61,514 nucleotides of DNA from Aeriscardovia sp. Lineage in GTDB: Bacteria > Actinomycetota > Actinomycetes > Actinomycetales > Bifidobacteriaceae. The notes beneath the pieces were generated by a model. The model was not told the origin of the DNA. It saw nothing but the letters and a program-made list of their open reading frames with translations, and made no database searches. Shown in pieces: positions 28,538 to 39,033 of the stretch (position 1 is its first letter; the number at the start of each line of letters is the position of its first letter). Made by a program: the position numbers and the translations under genes. The stretch lies in NCBI GenBank assembly GCA_017386585.1, contig JAFNPO010000075.1:1-61514 (forward strand). Direction: 5' to 3'.

Positions 28538-30028
28538 ATGCCTCCGACAATGTCGTCGGAAGCACATAGAAAAGAAATCATGAGTGACATCGGCAGTGCT
28601 TCTTCGGCCGCGCCGCATTTTCAAGGCGGACCTGTGACGCGGTGGCTACGCAAGAAAATGGACGACGATCGGCCCTGGAGTCTCATCGCGGGGAGCGTGA
28701 TTATCGGTCTAGTCTCTGGTCTTGTCGTTGGCCTATTCCGCGGCAGTGTGGTCTGGCTCAACAACCGCATGACGGATCTCTACGCCTACACAAAGGACGG
28801 CCATTGGTGGGTGCTGGCGCTCATCGTCTCCGGCTCCTTTCTGCTGTCCTGGTTGCTGGCGTGGATTGTCAAAACGGCACCGCTTGTCGCTGGATCCGGC
28901 ATCCCGGACGTTGAACAGCGCCTGCGCTCCGACAACGCAACGTATTGGCACTGGTGGAAGGTAACTTGGCGCAAGTTCATCGGCGGCCTGATGGCCATGG
29001 GCCCTGGCCTATTCCTCGGTTGGGAAGGGCCGTCTGTGCAGCTTGGTGCATCCGTCGGTTTGGGCTGCTCGCACTACAGCGACCATACAGCGCGCAACCG
29101 TCACACTTTCGTCTCCTGCGGCGCCGCAGCCGGTCTATGCGCCGCATTCACCGCGCCGCTCGCTTCCGTCATCTTTGTGGCGGAGGAGGTCTACGCTCGC
29201 TTTACGCCAAAGGTCTTTATTTGCTCTTTCGTCGCCACCGTGTCCGCTGCGTTCACCACCATCCTCCTGCTAGGGCAAGCTCCTGGATTCGCGCTACCAG
29301 CCCCCAAAACCACCAATATCACCATGTGGTGGCAGTTCATCCTTATCGGCATCGTACTGGGCTGCGTTGCCTCCCTGTACGAGAAAACACTGTTCGGGGC
29401 CATCAACTTCTACAGTCTGCTGCACATTCCCAGGATGCTGCGCGTCTTCATCCCGTTTCTACTCATGATCCCGTTCGGCTTACTTCTGCCGGTGACACTG
29501 GGCAGTGGTAACTCGTTCATTAACATCGTCTCGAACTCTAACACGGCCCTGTGGCTGCTCGTTGTTATGTTCATCGTTCGTCTGATTGGCTCGCAGCTGT
29601 CCAGCGGCTCCGGTGCGCCTGGCGGCCTATTCCTTCCGATCCTGACCTTGGGTGCCGCCTTCGGCCTTATCTGTAGCAAGCTGCTGGTGATGGCACACGT
29701 GAACCCGGGTTCCGCCGGCTACTGCTCTGTCATCGAATCTTCCTGCATGGCCGGTCTGCTTGGCGCAACCGTGCAGTGTCCGCTGACCGCCATCGTTCTC
29801 GTTGTGGAGATGACCGGCTACAGCAACCTCATCCCGATGTCGATTGTCACCCTGTGCGCCTGCATCGTCTACGATCTACTGGGAGGCAAGGGGGTCTACG
29901 ACGAGCTTGCCGGCTATCAGGCCAAGACGCTATGGCGCCATATGCCCGAGCGTGCCATCGTGTTGGTGAAAAAGAAGCTATTCGAGTTTTTCGACAAGCC
30001 GCGTAACGATCGTGACAGGCGTGGCTGA
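28538..30028 (+). CDS. ClC-family chloride channel / H+-Cl- antiporter
   Basis: GSGIPDVEQ, GWEGPSVQLGA and GAPGGLFLPILTLGA selectivity-filter motifs. The start may be ATG 28580 instead. Confidence 0.85.
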   Translation: MPPTMSSEAHRKEIMSDIGSASSAAPHFQGGPVTRWLRKKMDDDRPWSLIAGSVIIGLVSGLVVGLFRGSVVWLNNRMTDLYAYTKDGHWWVLALIVSGSFLLSWLLAWIVKTAPLVAGSGIPDVEQRLRSDNATYWHWWKVTWRKFIGGLMAMGPGLFLGWEGPSVQLGASVGLGCSHYSDHTARNRHTFVSCGAAAGLCAAFTAPLASVIFVAEEVYARFTPKVFICSFVATVSAAFTTILLLGQAPGFALPAPKTTNITMWWQFILIGIVLGCVASLYEKTLFGAINFYSLLHIPRMLRVFIPFLLMIPFGLLLPVTLGSGNSFINIVSNSNTALWLLVVMFIVRLIGSQLSSGSGAPGGLFLPILTLGAAFGLICSKLLVMAHVNPGSAGYCSVIESSCMAGLLGATVQCPLTAIVLVVEMTGYSNLIPMSIVTLCACIVYDLLGGKGVYDELAGYQAKTLWRHMPERAIVLVKKKLFEFFDKPRNDRDRRG

Positions 30029-30136
30029 TTCGTCAGCGACAGCTCGCCAGCATTCCGCTCCGGAGTTTCCCTCCTTACCCGGAACGTGGAATGATGAGAA
30101 ATCCGGTCATTGACAGCATGAGGGAAACGGAGAGAC

Positions 30137-31252
30137 ATGAGTCATGAGGACGAGATTCTGCAAGAGGAGTTTCCGGCCGCTCAGGCGGCAGAACAGGAAT
30201 ACATCGGCCTTGAGGAGTTGATGAGCCTGCCAGAGACAGCGTCTAGCCCCTCGACAATGCGAAAACTGGCGACTCGTCACGCTGCACTACAGCAGATCGT
30301 TAATGTCTACCGTTTGCTCCAGCGCCTGTCTGCTGACCGCGCCGTCGCGATGGAGTTGGCAGACGAGGATCCGGACTTCGCCGGGGAAGCTGCCAATCTG
30401 TCCACACGTATCGACGCGGCGAAGGCTGACCTGCGCGCCGCACTAATTCCGCGCGACCCTGACGACGCTCGCGATACCATCATGGAGATTAAGGCCGGTA
30501 CGGGTGGCGAGGAAGCAGCCCTGTTCGCAGCTGACCTGTTGCGTATGTACGTCCGGTACGCAGAAAACCGCGGCTGGTCCGTTGACATCCAGAGCGAGAA
30601 CTCCACGCAATTGGGGGGGATTAAAGACGCGCAGGTCGCGTTCCGCGCCAAGGGTGTCGTCGCGCCCGAGGACGGCGTGTGGGCGAGCCTCAAGTACGAA
30701 GGCGGCGTGCACCGCGTCCAACGCGTGCCAGCAACCGAATCCCAGGGACGAATCCAAACCTCCGCGGCTGGCGTCATCGTGTTCCCCGAGGCAGACGAAG
30801 ACGATGACGAGATCGTCATCGATCCCAAGGAGCTGAAAATCGACACTTTTATGAGTTCCGGCCCTGGGGGACAGTCTGTCAACACCACGTACTCCGCCGT
30901 GCGTATGACCCATATTCCCACCGGCATCGTCGTCAATATGCAGGACGAGAAGTCACAGATTCAGAACCGCGCGTCAGCATTGCGTGTCCTCAAGTCGCGC
31001 CTTTTGGCGCTCAAGCACGAAAAAGAGGCCCAGGAGGCTGCCAATCTACGTCATTCGCAGGTGCGCAGCCTTGACCGATCAGAGCGCATTCGCACGTACA
31101 ATTTCCCGGAGAACCGCATCGTTGATCATCGTACTGGTTACAAGGCTTACAACCTCGACCAGGTGCTAGACGGCGACCTGCAGGCCGTCATCGACTCGGA
31201 TGTCGAGGCCGACGAGTCCGCACGCCTGTCAAGAAACCAGGACGACCGATGA
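30137..31252 (+). CDS. prfA: Peptide chain release factor 1
   Basis: PAT tripeptide context (RVPATESQGRIQTS) and the GGQ motif (SGPGGQSVNTT). Confidence 0.95.
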   Translation: MSHEDEILQEEFPAAQAAEQEYIGLEELMSLPETASSPSTMRKLATRHAALQQIVNVYRLLQRLSADRAVAMELADEDPDFAGEAANLSTRIDAAKADLRAALIPRDPDDARDTIMEIKAGTGGEEAALFAADLLRMYVRYAENRGWSVDIQSENSTQLGGIKDAQVAFRAKGVVAPEDGVWASLKYEGGVHRVQRVPATESQGRIQTSAAGVIVFPEADEDDDEIVIDPKELKIDTFMSSGPGGQSVNTTYSAVRMTHIPTGIVVNMQDEKSQIQNRASALRVLKSRLLALKHEKEAQEAANLRHSQVRSLDRSERIRTYNFPENRIVDHRTGYKAYNLDQVLDGDLQAVIDSDVEADESARLSRNQDDR

Positions 31253-32445
31253 ACGGTCGCGCTGGCAGGCCCGGGCAGGCACAGAGCGTACATCAGGCGG
31301 TGGCGCTTGTCGCCGCAACGCTGGACGCCGCCGGTATCGACCATAGCCGCAACGAGGCACTCGCCTTGGTCGCGGAAGCGTTTCGCCGTTGCGGTGAGAA
31401 CGTCGAATCCAGCGACGTTGTGAGGTGGGATATCCTCGGCACGTCGGTCGACGGCGCTCTGGGAAACGCCGTGCTAGGCGACGTTGCGACTGACAGGAGT
31501 CCGGCGGACAGGAAAAGTCATAGAACTACGGTCATCAACGCGGGTAGCGTCACCTCTCGTGACGATTTAACGGCGTGTCGCCAGACGTTCCGTCGGTGGC
31601 TGGACGATGCTGTCGCGCGCCGAAGCCAGCGCGAACCCTTGCAGCACATCGTGGGTCATGTGGATTTCTATGGTGCCGAATACCTTGTTGGTTCGGGGGT
31701 GTTCATCCCGCGGCCAGAAACCGAATGGGTCGTCGCTGCGGCCATTGACTGGCTGCAGGCACATCACAGTGACAGACGGCCGATAGTCGTTGACTTGTGC
31801 GCTGGCAGTGGCGTTATGGGTCTGAGTGTCGCCCGTCATCTGCCAGACACTGATGTCTGGCAAGTAGAGAAAGACGAGCGGGCGTATACCTGGCTGCGGC
31901 GGAATATCGTCCACCTGCGCGGGGATGGTCGCGAGGCGTGCCACAGCTACACTTCCGACGAAGACAATGCCTCCGTTTGGCTGTCGAACGGTTCGCGTGT
32001 GCGAACGCTGCTGGCTGACGCCGTGGCGCCAGGAATCCTCATCGGTTTGAACGGCCGCGTTGACGCCGTAGTGTGCAATCCACCGTACCTCCCTGAAAGC
32101 CGACCTATCGAGCAACCAGAGGCGCGTCAGGATCCGCCGATAGCCCTATACGGCGGATCGGCCGACGGGACAGCGATTCCCCGGCTACTAGTGGCGCAGG
32201 CATCGCGGTTGCTGCGGACAAATGGCGTGTTGTTAATGGAGCATGATATCACGCAGGCAGAGGCGATACGGATAGCGTTCGAGGACGCTGGTTTCCAGCA
32301 CGTCTCCGTCCAGAAGGATGGGACACACCGCCCGCGCTGGACGCAGGGTGTCCGCGGCAATGACGATGGTACCAATGGACACAACCATGCCGCCGTCGAT
32401 GACGATCGAGAAGGGGTGAAGTCTCGAAGAGCGGGGAGACGATGA
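31249..32445 (+). CDS. prmC: Release-factor glutamine N5-methyltransferase (HemK/PrmC), unusually long
   Basis: DLCAGSGVMG SAM motif and VVCNPPY catalytic motif. The ATG overlaps the prfA stop. Confidence 0.85.
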   Translation: MNGRAGRPGQAQSVHQAVALVAATLDAAGIDHSRNEALALVAEAFRRCGENVESSDVVRWDILGTSVDGALGNAVLGDVATDRSPADRKSHRTTVINAGSVTSRDDLTACRQTFRRWLDDAVARRSQREPLQHIVGHVDFYGAEYLVGSGVFIPRPETEWVVAAAIDWLQAHHSDRRPIVVDLCAGSGVMGLSVARHLPDTDVWQVEKDERAYTWLRRNIVHLRGDGREACHSYTSDEDNASVWLSNGSRVRTLLADAVAPGILIGLNGRVDAVVCNPPYLPESRPIEQPEARQDPPIALYGGSADGTAIPRLLVAQASRLLRTNGVLLMEHDITQAEAIRIAFEDAGFQHVSVQKDGTHRPRWTQGVRGNDDGTNGHNHAAVDDDREGVKSRRAGRR

Positions 32446-33188
32446 CCATAATGAACGAACAAAAAGGCGACGACATGGCGGAAAATATGATGCAGCACAG
32501 TAGAATCCGTCCAATCACCAAGCACACGGTAGCTCAGGCCCGCCACACCGTCGCTGCCGGTGGTCTGATTGCTGTCCCAACGGACACGGTTTACGGTGTG
32601 GCTTGCGACCCAATGAATGTGGACGCTGTCGGCAAGCTTTTTTCCGTTAAGCATCGTCCGCGCGCCAAGTCAATCCAAGTCCTCCTACCGTCACTGCGAT
32701 GGCTGGGCGAACTAGGCCTGGAACTGCCCAGCCCCCTGGACATTCTAGCGGCAGCCTTCCTACCCGGTGGTTTCTCGCCAATCGCTCGGGTCCTGACGTC
32801 GGGCACGCCGCTGGCGACGGCGAAAAAAGACAAGGGCTGGGACACCCAAGCCATCCGCATCCCTGACTGCGAACCGTTGTCGCGTATCCTGGCGGCGACT
32901 GGCCCGCTGGCGTGCACGAGCGCCAACCTGTCGGGGAAGACATCGGCTATGACCGCCCAGGAAGCCTACGACGCTCTGGGCGATTCAGTGGAACTTTACC
33001 TAGACGGCGGACCAACTGCCAGTACCCTCGCGTCCACCGTCGTAGCCTGTGACCCAGACGATCCGCAGAGCGTGCACGTCCTGCGCGAAGGTGTCATTCC
33101 GGCCGCGCTGATCCGTCAGTACGTTGCGCAGACCATCCCGTCCCGTTTCCGCATCGACAACGGGGACGAGGGGAGCGAAACCAAGTGA
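32442..33188 (+). CDS. tsaC: L-threonylcarbamoyladenylate synthase (Sua5/YrdC/YwlC family)
   Basis: GGLIAVPTDTVYGVACDP, CTSANLSG. The ATG overlaps the prmC stop. Confidence 0.8.
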   Translation: MTIMNEQKGDDMAENMMQHSRIRPITKHTVAQARHTVAAGGLIAVPTDTVYGVACDPMNVDAVGKLFSVKHRPRAKSIQVLLPSLRWLGELGLELPSPLDILAAAFLPGGFSPIARVLTSGTPLATAKKDKGWDTQAIRIPDCEPLSRILAATGPLACTSANLSGKTSAMTAQEAYDALGDSVELYLDGGPTASTLASTVVACDPDDPQSVHVLREGVIPAALIRQYVAQTIPSRFRIDNGDEGSETK

Positions 33189-34324
33189 GGGTCTACGTCT
33201 TCGTCGCGCTCGTCGCGCTCGTCGCGACGTTCCTACTGATGCCGCTGGTGCGCCACCTGGCCATCCAGGCCGGTGCGGTAGGGCAAATCCGAGCCCGAGA
33301 CATCCACACGGTCCCCACACCGCGCATGGGCGGAGTGGGCATGTTCTTGGGATTCGCTGTAGCCCTCTGCTTTGCACAGTCCATCCCGTGGATCCGCAGT
33401 GTGTTTCCACGCTCCGACAATCAGGCCTGGGTCATCCTCGCCGGAGCCGCCATGATCTGCGCGTTGGGTGTGTGTGACGACATCTGGGACCTTGATTGGA
33501 TGCTGAAGATGTCAGGCCAGATCCTCATCGCCGTCTTCGTCTCCTGGAAGGGCGTGCAGATTGTTTCCCTACCTTGGGGAAACACGCTCATTACCGCTTC
33601 ACCATCTCTGTCGATGGCAGTGACCGCATTTCTCATCGTCGCTTCCATCAACGCCGTCAACTTCGTTGACGGATTGGACGGCCTAGCGTCAGGAATCGTG
33701 GCAATCGGCGGACTAGCGTTCGCCATCTACAGCTACATCTTGTCGCGCTCGCAGCCGAACTTCACATCCATGGCCACGTTACTGGATGTGGCGCTCGTCG
33801 GCGTGTGCATCGGCTTCCTGCTATACAACTGGAATCCAGCAAAACTGTTCATGGGTGACTCCGGCTCGATGTTCCTGGGATACCTCGTCACCTGTGCGTC
33901 CGTGGTGCTCACCGGCCGTTTTGACCCCTCGACAATGCATTCGGGGGCAGCTATGCCGGCATTCATGCCCATCCTGCTGCCGATCCTCGTGCTCTTCATC
34001 CCCCTGCTGGACATGTGCATGGCTATCATCCGCCGCGTCTCCCACGGCCAGTCGCCGATGCACCCGGACCGTTTGCACCTGCACCATCGCATGATCCGCA
34101 TTGGGCATACCATCCGCGGTGCGGTCCTCATCATGTGGGCTTGGGCATTCCTCATCGCATTCGCCTCAATTATGACGCTGTTCTTTCCAACAGGATCCGT
34201 CGTCGCAGTCATTTGCGTTGCTGTCCCTATACTCAGTGCAGTGACCCTCGCTCCGCATTACCGGCAGCGCCTGAAGGAAATTAGGCAGGAGAACGCTGCC
34301 CGACAAACTTCTCGGAAGGATTAA
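33185..34324 (+). CDS. wecA: Glycosyltransferase family 4: undecaprenyl-phosphate GlcNAc-1-phosphate transferase (WecA/Rfe-like)
   Basis: MraY/WecA motifs DDIWDL, NAVNFVDGLDGLA, FMGDSGSMFLGY. 11 predicted TM helices. Confidence 0.85.
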   Translation: MRVYVFVALVALVATFLLMPLVRHLAIQAGAVGQIRARDIHTVPTPRMGGVGMFLGFAVALCFAQSIPWIRSVFPRSDNQAWVILAGAAMICALGVCDDIWDLDWMLKMSGQILIAVFVSWKGVQIVSLPWGNTLITASPSLSMAVTAFLIVASINAVNFVDGLDGLASGIVAIGGLAFAIYSYILSRSQPNFTSMATLLDVALVGVCIGFLLYNWNPAKLFMGDSGSMFLGYLVTCASVVLTGRFDPSTMHSGAAMPAFMPILLPILVLFIPLLDMCMAIIRRVSHGQSPMHPDRLHLHHRMIRIGHTIRGAVLIMWAWAFLIAFASIMTLFFPTGSVVAVICVAVPILSAVTLAPHYRQRLKEIRQENAARQTSRKD

Positions 34325-34325
34325 C

Positions 34326-34739
34326 ATGGCAAGGACTGAAGATACCGCGCAAAGCGTAATCCGCCGCATCCTCGTTTCTAGTACCATCGCCGCGGCATGC
34401 GTGTTGACCGCCTCCATGGCTGTCGGCTGGGCTACCAAGGGCAAGCCTGGCCTGTGGGCCTCGCTCCTGGCGTTCGCAATCCTCGTCATATTCAGCCTAA
34501 CAACTCCTGTCGTGTTCGCCATTCTGGGCCACCAACACCTCGAACCTAAAATGTTCATCACCATCGTCATGGCCAGCTGGATCGTCAAAATCGCCATCGT
34601 TTTCATCGCGCTCGTCCTCTTGGGCCGCTGCGACTTCTTCGACCATTCTGTGTTCGCATGGTCGATGTTCAGTGGCGCCATAATCATCCTGGTAATCGAA
34701 GTCGTGACCATCCTGCGCAGCCGCATCCCACTCTCCTGA
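34326..34739 (+). CDS. Small membrane protein occupying the AtpI-like position
   Basis: 137 aa with four hydrophobic helices, directly after wecA, where actinobacterial atp operons normally begin. Confidence 0.5.
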   Translation: MARTEDTAQSVIRRILVSSTIAAACVLTASMAVGWATKGKPGLWASLLAFAILVIFSLTTPVVFAILGHQHLEPKMFITIVMASWIVKIAIVFIALVLLGRCDFFDHSVFAWSMFSGAIIILVIEVVTILRSRIPLS

Positions 34740-34788
34740 GACGCCCCTTACCAAGATGCGCCCCGCCAAGCCAACAGAAAGAAGAAAA

Positions 34789-35490
34789 ATGACAGACACC
34801 GTGACCTACACGCCAAAGGAATCCCGACTCATTTGGATCGACTGCGAGATGACCGGACTGGACATCTTCCGCGACGAACTTTGCGAAATCGCCGTCATAC
34901 CCACAGACTTCAATCTCAACGTGCTCGACAAGGGTATAGAGATAGTCATCAAGCCCAGCACTGCAGCCTTCGAGCACATGCGTCACAACGACGTCGTATG
35001 GAAAATGCACACCGAAAACGGTCTCATCGACCTCATGAAGGATGGCCTAAGCTGCGCCGAGGCCGAGAAGCGCGTCGTCGATTACGTTGAACGATTCCTA
35101 CCAACCCACGGCAAGGCGCACCTTGCTGGCAATACCATCGGCTCTGATAAGAAATTCCTTGACCACTTCATGCCCAATCTCATGGCCCTACTGCACTACC
35201 GCACCATCGACGTCAGCACACTCAAGGAGCTTTGCCGCCGCTGGTACCCAGCAACCTACGCCAACAAGCCCGTCAAGCACGGCGGTGATCGAGCGCTCGC
35301 GGACATCATCGAATCCATCGACGAACTGCGCTACTATTATGCCACTATGTTCGTCAGCCGTCCCGGCATGAGCGCCAAAGATGCGCAAAAAACTTGCGAG
35401 CGCATTGAGGCAACTAGCTTGCTGCGCCGCTACGAGCAAGAGGGTAAGGTCGTCGCCGACCCGCGCATCACTCCTAAAGCTGACTACTAA
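34789..35490 (+). CDS. orn: Oligoribonuclease
   Basis: [12 protein letters not shown] (DEDD exo I), [26 protein letters not shown]. Confidence 0.9.
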   Translation: MTDTVTYTPKESRLIWIDCEMTGLDIFRDELCEIAVIPTDFNLNVLDKGIEIVIKPSTAAFEHMRHNDVVWKMHTENGLIDLMKDGLSCAEAEKRVVDYVERFLPTHGKAHLAGNTIGSDKKFLDHFMPNLMALLHYRTIDVSTLKELCRRWYPATYANKPVKHGGDRALADIIESIDELRYYYATMFVSRPGMSAKDAQKTCERIEATSLLRRYEQEGKVVADPRITPKADY

Positions 35491-35518
35491 TACCAGTTTC
35501 CAAGGCTAGACGGTTCGT

Positions 35519-36886
35519 ATGAAGCAGCAGCAAGCGCTAGAGATTCTCGAATCTGGTGTAAGTGCATTCATTACCGGTGCTCCAGGCGCCGGTAAGACGT
35601 ACGTGCTTAACCGTTTTGTCGAACGCGCTCGCCGGCGTGGCGCGTCGGTGGCGGTCACGGCGTCGACGGGTATCGCGGCGACGCACATTAATGGGCAGAC
35701 CCTGCACTCTTGGAGTGGCGTGGGTGTGGCCACGAGTTTGAGTGATGCGTTGTATAAGCGCATCTATGCTCGTCGCCGCAAAGCGGTCAATGGCGCCGAG
35801 GTTCTCGTCATCGATGAGGTGTCCATGCTGCCGGCGTGGCTGTTTGACATGATCGATCAGCTCTGCCGTCGGCTGCGCAATAATTCAACGCCGTTCGGCG
35901 GCCTACAGGTCGTCTTGTCAGGTGATTTCTATCAGCTACCGCCGGTCGTGCGCTGCAGTCACGGAACGGACGTCCACGATCCGAAGGTGGAGGCGAACCG
36001 TGAACGCTATCGTAGCCAGGGGCGCGACCCAGACGGCTTCGTTACAGAGTCTTTCGTGTGGCGGGAAATGGGCGCGTGCGTCTGCTATTTGACCGAACAG
36101 CATCGCCAGAACGGTGGCGCGCTATTGAGGGTTCTCACTGATATACGCGATGCCGATGTGACGGATGAGGACCGGTTGACTCTGTTGTCGCGCTGCGGCG
36201 AGCGCCCAGCGGACAACGAGGTAGCTGTTCATTTGTTTCCAACGAACCGCCAGGCTGATTTACTCAATGATGTCCGTTTGGCGAAGCTCGACACAGAGCC
36301 TCACGTCTTCGATGCGGTTAGTTCCGGTCCAGCTGACCTCGTCGCCCGTCTCAAGCGCAACGTTCTGGCTCCGGAGCATCTGATGCTGAAGGAGGGTGCG
36401 GCCGTTATGGCTCTGCGCAACGATGTTGAGCGCCAGTATGTCAACGGGTCCCTAGGCACCGTCGTTGGGTTCTCTTTAAAGCGTAAGGGGGGCTGGCCGA
36501 TTGTTCGTTTCGAGAACGGCAGTGTTGTTGTCATGCGGCCGGCCAATTGGGACATGATGGACGGCGAGACTGTGCTGGCGTCGGTATCACAGGTACCATT
36601 GCGTTGTGCATGGGCCATCACCATTCACAAATCGCAGGGCTTGACGCTGGACGCGGCTGTCATGGACCTGCGCCGCACCTTCGCGTCCGGCATGGGCTAT
36701 GTTGCTCTGTCCCGAGTGGAGAAGCTGGAGGGGCTGTTCCTCGACGGCATGAGGGAGCGCGCCCTGCTGGTATCCCCGCAGGCCGTGGCCCTAGACGCCA
36801 ACCTACGCCGAGCATCGATTATGGCATGCGCTCAGCTAAGGAAGGAAGGAGCTAGTTCGTTCGCTCCGGATGTGGCTCTGTTCTGA
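35519..36886 (+). CDS. PIF1/RecD-like SF1B DNA helicase
   Basis: Walker A GAPGAGKTY, Walker B VLVIDEVSML, GDFYQLPPV, and C-terminal AITIHKSQGLT. Confidence 0.8.
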   Translation: MKQQQALEILESGVSAFITGAPGAGKTYVLNRFVERARRRGASVAVTASTGIAATHINGQTLHSWSGVGVATSLSDALYKRIYARRRKAVNGAEVLVIDEVSMLPAWLFDMIDQLCRRLRNNSTPFGGLQVVLSGDFYQLPPVVRCSHGTDVHDPKVEANRERYRSQGRDPDGFVTESFVWREMGACVCYLTEQHRQNGGALLRVLTDIRDADVTDEDRLTLLSRCGERPADNEVAVHLFPTNRQADLLNDVRLAKLDTEPHVFDAVSSGPADLVARLKRNVLAPEHLMLKEGAAVMALRNDVERQYVNGSLGTVVGFSLKRKGGWPIVRFENGSVVVMRPANWDMMDGETVLASVSQVPLRCAWAITIHKSQGLTLDAAVMDLRRTFASGMGYVALSRVEKLEGLFLDGMRERALLVSPQAVALDANLRRASIMACAQLRKEGASSFAPDVALF

Positions 36887-36987
36887 AAGTTCCGACTGTT
36901 CTCCATTTTTGCCGCTGTGTTTTTGCTGACGGTTTCCTTTACAATCGCTCTTTTCACACGTCCGAGCGGCTCGGTAGTTTTAAAAGC

Positions 36988-38799
36988 ATGACTTCAACAC
37001 CACTTCGCATGTCGAGCCTGTTTTTACGCACTCTGCGCGACGCGCCGGCCGACGAGGATATTGATTCCGCCAAGCTCCTTATCCGGGCCGGCTACATCCG
37101 CAAGGAAGCCCCGGGCGTCTTCGCTTGGCTTCCGCTGGGCCTGCGCGTCCTCAACAAGATTGAAGACATCGTGCGTGAGGAGATGACGTCGATTGGTGCT
37201 CAGGAAGTCCACCTGCCAGCGCTGTTGCCGCGAGAACCATACGAGACCACCCACCGCTGGGAAGAATACGGCGACAACATCTTCAAGCTTAAGGATCGCC
37301 ACCAGGTCGACTACCTGCTGGCCCCAACACACGAAGAGATGTTCACGCTTCTAGCTAAAGACTTGTACTCCTCGTACAAGGACCTGCCAGTCACGCTCTA
37401 CCAGATCCAAACCAAGTACCGCGACGAGGCGCGTCCGCGTGCCGGTCTCATTCGCGGCCGTGAGTTCATCATGAAAGACGCCTATTCCTTCACCTGCGAT
37501 AAGGCAGGTCTCGAGGAATGCTACCGCCAGGAGCGCGCCGCCTACGAGCGCATCTACCAGCGCTTAGGCGTCAAGTACGTCATTGTGCACGCATTCTCCG
37601 GCCCAATGGGCGGCTCTGAGTCTGAGGAGTTCCTCGCACCGCTGCCGATTGGTGAGGACACCTTCGCACAGTCACCGGCCGGAAGAGCCTGGAACGTCGA
37701 GGCTCTCAAGACACCGGTGCTCGCGGATGTTGATTTCTCTGCCACTCCAGTCCCATTCGAGGTCACCACGCCGGGCGCGGGGAGCATCGACGACGTTGTT
37801 GCCATGCTCAACGAGCAGGTTCCGCGTTCCGACCGCGCGTGGCAGGCAGCTGATATCCTCAAGAACATCGCTTTGACTGCTCACTACCCGGACGGTCACA
37901 CCAAGCTTATCGTAGTGGGGTTGCCGGGCGACCGTGAAGTGGACCTTAAGCGCGTCGAAGCGTGTCTCTCGCCGTTGGAAATGTCCCAAGCCACCGACGA
38001 GGAGCTGGCGCAGCACCCGGAGCTGGTCAAGGGCTTCATCGGGCCGATGTCCCTGGGTTCCCAAGCCAAGGGCACCGGCGTTGCAAGTCCAGTCGAGTAC
38101 TACCTCGATACGCACGTCGTCAAGGGCAGCGCCTGGGTGTCAGGCGCGAATGCCGTTGACCGCCATACGCTGAATCTTGTGTACGGTCGTGACTTCGTTG
38201 CTGATGGCGTTATCGAAGCCTCCCAACTCAAGCCGGGCGACATGAGTCCGGACGGTTCTGGTCCGTTGAGCTTCCAGCGCGGCGTGGAGATTGGCCAGGT
38301 CTTCCAGCTTGGCCGCAAGTACACCGACGCCTTCGGCTTCACTGTTCTCGACGAAGAGGGCAGGGCCGTTCCGGTATGGATGGGTTCTTATGGGATTGGC
38401 GTGTCCCGCGTCCTAGCGTGCGTGGTCGAGTTTCACCACGATGGCAACGGTATCATGTGGCCGGTCACGGTCGCCCCGGCTCAGGTCCACGTGGTCATGG
38501 CTGGCAAGTCCGATGTCATCGTCGACGGAGCCGAGGAGTTCGTCTCTCAGCTGTTGGACCAGGGCGTCGAGGTTCTTTTCGACGACCGCCGCAAGGTCCG
38601 TCCTGGGGTCAAGTTCAACGACGCAGAGCTGCTGGGCATGCCGATTATCGCGGTCGTCGGTCGCGACTTCGAGCGGAATGGCACCATCGAACTGCGCCTG
38701 CGCGATGGTGGTGATTCCCAGGTTGTACTGGCGCGGGAAGCCGCCGCCAAGGCGAAGGAGATGATTGATCATCTATGCCGACAGTATGACGCCGGCTGA
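36988..38799 (+). CDS. proS: Prolyl-tRNA synthetase (bacterial type with editing domain)
   Basis: LRMSSLFLRTLRDAPADE...AGYIRK, class II motifs (REFIMKDAYSF), 603 aa. Confidence 0.95.
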   Translation: MTSTPLRMSSLFLRTLRDAPADEDIDSAKLLIRAGYIRKEAPGVFAWLPLGLRVLNKIEDIVREEMTSIGAQEVHLPALLPREPYETTHRWEEYGDNIFKLKDRHQVDYLLAPTHEEMFTLLAKDLYSSYKDLPVTLYQIQTKYRDEARPRAGLIRGREFIMKDAYSFTCDKAGLEECYRQERAAYERIYQRLGVKYVIVHAFSGPMGGSESEEFLAPLPIGEDTFAQSPAGRAWNVEALKTPVLADVDFSATPVPFEVTTPGAGSIDDVVAMLNEQVPRSDRAWQAADILKNIALTAHYPDGHTKLIVVGLPGDREVDLKRVEACLSPLEMSQATDEELAQHPELVKGFIGPMSLGSQAKGTGVASPVEYYLDTHVVKGSAWVSGANAVDRHTLNLVYGRDFVADGVIEASQLKPGDMSPDGSGPLSFQRGVEIGQVFQLGRKYTDAFGFTVLDEEGRAVPVWMGSYGIGVSRVLACVVEFHHDGNGIMWPVTVAPAQVHVVMAGKSDVIVDGAEEFVSQLLDQGVEVLFDDRRKVRPGVKFNDAELLGMPIIAVVGRDFERNGTIELRLRDGGDSQVVLAREAAAKAKEMIDHLCRQYDAG

Positions 38800-38941
38800 C
38801 GGTGCGGCGACAACCGTTGAGGCTGGGTGCTGCTGCAACGGTGATATCTGGACGGTTTACGCAAGTTAGTCCCCGCTTTACGCATCGCGCGGCGCGGAAT
38901 AGGTTCGCGTTGCGCATGACATACTTGTTTGCATATAAAGA

Positions 38942-38993
38942 GAGGGATTGTTTTCTCATTTCAAAGGCCCGGAAAACAATTCCTCATATTTTG
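38942..38993. terminator. Hairpin between convergent genes (proS and the lipoprotein gene)
   Basis: gagggattgttttc / 16 nt loop / gaaaacaattcctc (14 bp, one G-U) followed by atatttt. Confidence 0.55.
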
Positions 38994-39033
38994 TGCTCCT
39001 TGTGTTTTGTACCTCTGCACGTCCGTATTGCCG

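Noticed and set aside
28442-28580. Fluoride riboswitch upstream of the ClC gene
   Set aside because: The sequence does not fit the crcB-motif core, as far as I can recall it. The channel has canonical chloride-type filter motifs (GSGIP, GWEGP, GLFLP). The hairpin is better read as the groES terminator.
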